This document shows, in pieces, positions 55,662-64,000 of a DNA stretch of 64,000 nucleotides. Position 1 is the stretch's first letter. The number at the start of each line of letters is the position of its first letter. Under the pieces are notes generated by a model that saw only the letters and a list, made by a program, of their open reading frames with translations, had not been told where the DNA came from and made no database searches. The DNA lies in assembly GCF_009914755.1 (NCBI RefSeq), contig NC_060940.1. The stretch is one strand, 5' to 3'. The stretch is from the human T2T-CHM13v2.0 reference genome, Homo sapiens. Made by a program: the position numbers and the translations under genes.

Positions 55662-56504
55662 CAAGTCTGTCTAGAAACAGACAAGATGACAGGAAAAGAA
55701 AGCCAGAGAAGGCATGCAGAAAAGCATGCGCAAGTGAAGCGAGAAGGCTTTAGAAATTCTGTGTGTAAGCATGAGAGTGTTTGAGAGAGAGGCTGGAAAA
55801 GACTGAGTCATAGAGAGAGAGAAACCATATCAAGGAAAGTACGATGTTCCCTGAAATTGGTTCAATGAAGGAGCAATTTTCCAAAATCCAATTCACTCAG
55901 TGATTTATTCTGGAAAACTATACAATTCATCTAATTACTAAAAATCTATTTCTTTTAAATATGTATACAGTTTCTGACAATTTCCATTAAAACTACTTTT
56001 GAAGTCTGGTAAAGATTTTAGTTGATTCATTTTCATTTTGTGTTACCAATAATATTTAAGGGAGTATTTAAATGTTATTTTTGCCAGTCCTGGTCTCTTC
56101 CTAGAGAAGAAAAGATATAATGATACTCTACTGGAAAAGGGAGAAGAGAATGAGAAGGGGCAGACTGAGAAAGAAGAGGGACTGTAACAAAACAAACCAA
56201 CACAAAAAAACAGAGAGTCAGAAAGAAAAGGAGCATGAGGATCAGAGAGAAGGGATCTGAAACATCAGAAAAACGGGAGACTGATAGGCAGAGAGAGAGA
56301 GAACACTCTGGGGTAAAAAAGTAAAATAAAAACAGATCATCAACCCCATAGACCATTCCAAAGTACCCTATACAGATTCATACAAACTTTACACGTTGTA
56401 AAAAGAAATACATTGATGATAATTTAATATATTCAGAGCACTTGAAAAATTGATCACTTAGGGAAATAGTTTCTTGCAGATTTTTGTTCTTTGTTTTTGT
56501 CGAA

Positions 56505-57485
<981 letters not shown>

Positions 57486-57516
57486 TTCTCATTCTAGGCT
57501 CTCTTTCATAGAACCT

Positions 57517-57762
57517 TGCAGTGGCACAATCTTAGCTCACTGCAGCCTCTGCCTCCCAGGTTCAAGCGATTCTTGTGCCTCAGCTTCCCAAGTAGCTGGG
57601 ATTTCAGGTGTGCACCACCGCACCCAGCTAATTTTTGTACTTTTAGTAGAGAGGGGTTTTGCCAGTTGGCCAGGCTAGTCTTGAACTCCTGACCTCAAGT
57701 GATCTGCCCACCTCAGCCTCCCAAAGTGCTGGGATTACAGGCATGAGCCACCGCACCTGACC
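57517..57762 (-). mobile_element. AluS lacking its 3' end and tail
   Basis: starts abruptly at tgcagtggcacaatcttagctcac. Confidence 0.9.
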
Positions 57763-58083
57763 TATTTTCAATCTATTTTCTATTAACGATTTCAGTTTCA
57801 GCATCCACACACCATGTAGTATCATGGGAGCCATGGGTGCATACAGCTGCCCCGCGGATTTCAGGATAAATGTAGCTTCTTGTATCTCTTTTGTCACAGA
57901 GGTGTCCTCAAAAAACTTGGGATGGTGTATCGGATATTATCATATCGACCACCACCTATACTGGCGTAGACTTAATATTTTTCTAAAATGGTCTCACTCT
58001 TTTAAGTGAAAGTATCTATATTATACTATTCTATTACATCAATTCTATCTTTAATAACATAGGTGTGATATGCTAGTTATATG

Positions 58084-58148
58084 CAAAGAGCCTTGGATGG
58101 CTTCTGATTGTTTGTTGTAAGTCTGAGCTCCAGGTGCAGTCTTAGGGC
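58084..58148 (-). repeat. 65-bp inverted copy of 58692-58756
   Basis: reverse complement matches at 63/65 positions. Confidence 0.95.
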
Positions 58149-58280
58149 GGATCACCTGAGGTCAGGAGTTCGAGACTAGCCTGGCCAACATGTCAAAACC
58201 CCATCTCTACTAAAAATACAAAAATTAGCTGGGTGTAGTGGTGCACACCTGTTATCCCAGCTATTTGGGAAGCTGAGGCA
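58145..58280 (+). mobile_element. internal AluS fragment, truncated at both ends, no tail or TSD
   Basis: gggcggatcacctgaggtcagg...gggaagctgaggca. Confidence 0.9.
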
Positions 58281-59019
58281 TAATTAAAATTAATGCGTAT
58301 ATCAGGATGTTCCTAAAGATGTCCATCTGTATTCTACATTGTATCATGTCATCTTCCAATAGTGTTACATCTCTCAAATGTGGAAAGTGTAAACTCAGTG
58401 TGCTGTGCTTCACCAGCTATTCACACATCATTGTTTAAGACTCCTGGCATTTGGGTAGCACAGCAGAATTGAGATAGGACCAAGAAAATTTTCTATTTTA
58501 GGATACTATCATCATCATTACCATTACCACCACATCATAATAATCATAATTTATTGTCTATTTAGTACTTCATTAGTCATTTCTTATATTCTAGCCTGAC
58601 CCAGTTTTCAAAATAATCAGCACCTGATACCTGGTGACCCTTTCACTCCTAAGAGGGGACTTAGAGAAATGGTAGCTCCCCATGTCCTGAAGCCCCAAGA
58701 CTGCACCTGGAGCTCAGACTTACAACCAACAATCAGAAGCCATCCAAGGCTCTTTGTTCCTCTTTCCCCATGTGCCAAATGGACTGAGAATTGTACTTAT
58801 TTCATATGGTTGATATGATGATTAATTGAGTTACTATATGTAGAATATATAGACAAATGGCCTATATCTGACTTTGTTAAATAAATGGATAAACACCATA
58901 AGTATGGAGGCCTTGCCAGAGATGCTAAAGGGAGGCTATGGGATCATCGTGTAGCTGTGAGGACCATAACTGTGTGAAAATGCAGCTGTGCTCCGCTCAG
59001 AGAAGCTCGGTGTATAGAC

Positions 59020-59430
59020 TCATGTCCAGCTAACCAGACTAACCAGCTCTAGTATCGGTGATGGGTTTAGGAATGGACAATTGACCCAAGTAAGCCAAAG
59101 AAAACCTGCCTGCAGACTTAATCTTTTGATTTTGTTAATGTAAGTCTGTGGCTGCTAATGGCCATCTTTACCATTTCTTAGGGAAAGAATATTTCAACAC
59201 ACAAAAATACAGAGATTAGAGATAGAGGCAGAGATAGCGATAGAGATAGATATAGATAGATAGATGATGATGATAGATAGAGTGAGAGAGAGAGAGACTG
59301 CTGATATTTTGAGTACCAGTTAGGTGAATCAATACGTTTCTTCTGATTTTGGATGTGCCTTTTGTTGTTGTTTAAACTAGTTTAAACTGAGTTTTCTTTC
59401 ACTTCCAGATAAAATGGTCCTAATTAATGT
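59020..59430 (+). mobile_element. MLT1K/L-type LTR relic containing a (GATA)n/(GA)n microsatellite at ~59215-59298
   Basis: gatgggtttaggaatggac...ggccatctt...aaactgagttttctttcactt. Confidence 0.55.
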
Positions 59431-59507
59431 TTGTAATGTTCTTTCTTATAGCTGTGCCCTGCACAAGTTGTTCTTTTGATTTAGAATGTCTTTTCTGCCT
59501 TCTCTAA

Positions 59508-59873
<366 letters not shown>

Positions 59874-60714
59874 TAGCTGAGCTTCCCCATGATCTCCCAG
59901 TAAGACACTTCTATTCTCTGTCCAACAGCATTTTGTACAAATCATTGTGAAAGCTCTGATCACATTGTAGTATATAAATAGTATCTATATCACCCACATT
60001 AGATTGGGCCAAAGTTAGTCTTATCTGCCTTTCTAACTTTATCAAGAGTGCATTATCCATGGCGTCGTAAACACACATAGCTGTTTTTCTTCTGAATGAA
60101 TGAATGATTTTACCTAAAGCATGTACTCCAGCTAAAAGAAAGAATATTAGGGTATTAGGGGAAAGTTGGCCATGAAAGAGATTAGGGCAGCAGCACAAAA
60201 GATGGTTCCTTGCTCACCAACTTCCAGAGTCCAGTTGAGTTAACTTGACTATAAGACTCATTTGTTCTGAGGCCTCTGGCTGTAGTTTCAGAAGTGGGGA
60301 AGAATGAGCCTAGAGTGGAGAAAAAGGGAGGGTTGATGCACCTTCAGGTGTACCAGGCAGGTTTTGAAAATTCACTAACAGGAGAAAATAAAGCTCTGCG
60401 CATCCCAGCATGCCTTGCTCTTTCTGGAAAATTCTAACAAATCCACAAGAGCCTCTGCTTTTTATGAATAAAGAGCTATCTTTTAGAGTGAAAGTGCAGT
60501 CCACAATACCCGTTTACCAGCAGGTCTCGCCCTTCTGCCATCTGCAAAACAGCATTTCTGGGCTCAGAATGCAATTGGATGGATTAGTTTAACTTACTAA
60601 AGCTCGGTTCATGAGATTGTGCATTTGAATGTTATAATATAGAAAATTAATTTCTTAAGTTATTAGGACAGAAATTCAATAGGATTAATTTTCCTGGTTC
60701 AAAAATAATCAGAG

Positions 60715-60728
60715 GTCACCATGGCAAC
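60715..60728. promoter_or_regulatory. RFX X-box motif GTCACCATGGCAAC in unique sequence
   Basis: one mismatch to the palindromic GTTNCCATGGNAAC consensus. Confidence 0.4.
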
Positions 60729-61395
60729 ACACATCAATGGAGCAATACACAATGAATGAAACATTTCCAATGTTTGGCTGTTTATCAGAGGCCTCTCTCT
60801 TCCCTGTCCCTGGAGGGATTTGTTAGGATCTCTGAGGCCCCCTGGGGCTCTGCTCCTAAAATGCATAGGTCAGTGTGATTGTATCCAAGAACCACCAAGA
60901 TACAAGTTGAAGTCTAGCTTTGAAGCAGAGTTTCCTCTGGGTTAAGCCCTCATCCCCCAAGGAATGAAAGGATAAGGTTTAAAGACAATACCAGTCATTG
61001 CTCAAAATTCATGAGGTGGCTGTGGAAAGGAACCTAGCAATGGCATGGACTCAGGTCATTTACTGAGTGCCAAATGCAACTCCTTGGAAATTAGAGAAAC
61101 ACAGGCTCCGAACATACTAAGAGGGATTTTCAAGGTTGAACAGCTCTGGCTGGCTAAAACAAGAAGACCAAGGAACACTGAATCCCTTTCCCATTGGATT
61201 TTGCCTGGATTCAGCTGAGACAGGAGAAGATTTCTCTGGGTCCCAAATTCTATTTTCATGAAAGGCAGTCTATCAGAGCTATTGAAAACTTCCCTCAGCA
61301 GGAGCCAGTCTGGGCCTGAATGCTGGTTCCACCACCTTTTAAGCTTGGAAAATTTATTTCTCTGTCTGGCTCCTGATCTAATCACCCATGAAATA

Positions 61396-61397
<2 letters not shown>

Positions 61398-61436
<39 letters not shown>

Positions 61437-61446
61437 TATGTGTGTG
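61398..61446. repeat. (TG)n microsatellite
   Basis: directly visible. Confidence 0.95.
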
Positions 61447-61722
61447 AGATATCAGTTCAGTTGATAAAGATGCTGTGCAGACGCCATTAAATAATGAATG
61501 TAAAATACTTAATATAGTTCCAGGTATATGATAGGCACTTGATTTCTCTTGTTACAGAAATATAAACTCCAGGGCAAAGACATGGATTTCTCGAATTCTT
61601 GTTCTAAAGAACAGGGACTATCCAGAAAAGGTATCTTGAGGGCAGAAGGGCAGTTTATGCCTTTTACTCCAGATGTAATTTATATTTAAATTACAGAATA
61701 CAGGCATGTAATTATAGTATTA

Positions 61723-62092
<370 letters not shown>

Positions 62093-63190
62093 TTAGAACC
62101 ATCAGAGGGATATTTTGACAAGGCCAGCTACTATAAACATGGAAAAGCCAAACTCAGAAAGAAAGCATATTTTCCACTGCTCTTACCTCCTGCCCCACCT
62201 GGCCTGGAATCTATATTCTCATCCCATGACCCGATTTTCCAAGAGCTTTTTGGAGAATGTGGTGAGAAAGTGGTGAGGCACCTAGAATCTAATCAAATAA
62301 GGAGCAGTAGAAGGTACCAGACCTATAACAATCAATTAGTCAGTCAATGGGCCTGGTTTGGCATTTTTTCATGGTTCAAATAATTGTCATAGAGAAAATG
62401 TTACAAATGATGGGAGGGGAGTCTTAGACATCTCTCCTCTTGGCAAGCTTACCTTCCATATCCCTGCCCAAAGCTGCAGAGGTTGCTATTTGGATCAGTC
62501 CATGGTTGCCAGCGGGTGGTGGGTTCATTGAGTTGTAACAGGTAGGTACTGCCTATGTATGGTGCTCCTTCTTTTTCTCACTTTTTATGTCTAAATGCAT
62601 AAGCTAAGTCAAGGATTCCCTTGAGACCCCCTCTCTCTCTCTTTCTGACTCAGTATCAATGAATGGGTAAGTAAATTCAGGTTTGCTCTAGAGATTTAGC
62701 CAGCTTTTTCTTACATAGGCTATGTGTGTGACTTATCATGGCCCTGATAGAAAATAGAATTCCATTCCCAATGGCTCAAACCTTTAATAAAGATATTATT
62801 TATGGAGGTGTGGGGAGGGTTCAGGAAATCCACAAAAGATAATGAGACACCAAGAGACCAGCAAAAATGAGACTCCAACACTACTTCCCAAAGCTGGAAA
62901 GTGCAAGGTAAGAAACTGGCATTTGAGAGCTCAATGAGACGTGGAGCCATGGAGAAGGGGGCTGCGCTAAAGGAGCCATAGACGCGCTGAACTTCTACAA
63001 ATACGAAGGCACCAAAACAGGGGTGAGGCAGAGGAAAACATCTCAGCTGCTTTTTCCTCCCACTGTCTGAGCTCCTGCAAGTGCTGTCATTGTTTTATCT
63101 CAATGGGAAGCGAGTCAGTAAAGGGGTCCCGGTGATGTGGTATATATATGTCCAGCCTCCTGGGGTACCAGGCATAGCTTAGAAGGCTGA

Positions 63191-63570
<380 letters not shown>

Positions 63571-64000
63571 TAATACTTAGATTTGGGGAAAAGAGGGGCT
63601 TGATGTTGGGTTGAGATCAATCAAAGTATCTATTAAGCCTCAAGTATAAACTGAGTGTCCCAACTCAGACTTTCACCAGAGCTCTGAATTCAATGGACTG
63701 GCACTGGTGCAAGTATTTTTTTTTAATGCTGTTTTGATTACATGTGTATATTCCTTAGCCTCTTCATGGTGAAAATAGAGGGAGTATTGTGTTTATATTT
63801 GGGTATTCCTGGGTCCTTGATCATAAGCTATCCAATATCATTAAACCTAGGCCTCAATTCCAATAGGATGGATGGCAAGAGCATAAACTTATAGTGTGAG
63901 ATTGGCTTTTCCACTTAGTAGGTGTGCAATCCAATACAAATCACATGGGGTTAAGAGGTTGCTTGACAGCTGCATTTCCTCATTTGTAAAGTACCAATCT

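Overview
Primate genomic DNA, almost certainly human given a near-consensus AluYa5 at 39218-39523. It is repeat-dominated intronic or intergenic sequence and I recognise no protein-coding gene. The listed ORFs are L1 ORF1/ORF2 relics, Alu-derived frames or chance ORFs. The window holds about 20 Alu/monomer SINEs, many MIR/L2 relics, a ~21 kb + strand stack of L1s (L1PB, L1MA, L1ME/MC, L1MB; 19.2-40.2 kb), an old antisense L1 (3.8-7.4 kb), about 10 solo LTRs and DNA-transposon relics. Repeat family names are from memory of consensus sequences and were not computed. The most striking unexplained signal is a set of locally templated insertion / template-switch scars of different ages: (1) a 225-bp ~99%-identical copy of sequence 4.74 kb away, pasted into an L1 with stuttered junctions; (2) a 65-bp inverted local copy fused to a tailless Alu fragment; (3) a perfect 29-bp fold-back palindrome inside L1 ORF2; (4) an ancient ~100-bp inverted L1 self-copy; (5) smaller scrambles. 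Also notable are an apparently APOBEC3-hypermutated LTR, a strong 36-nt micro-exon candidate beside an opposite-strand donor, and several enhancer-like unique segments.
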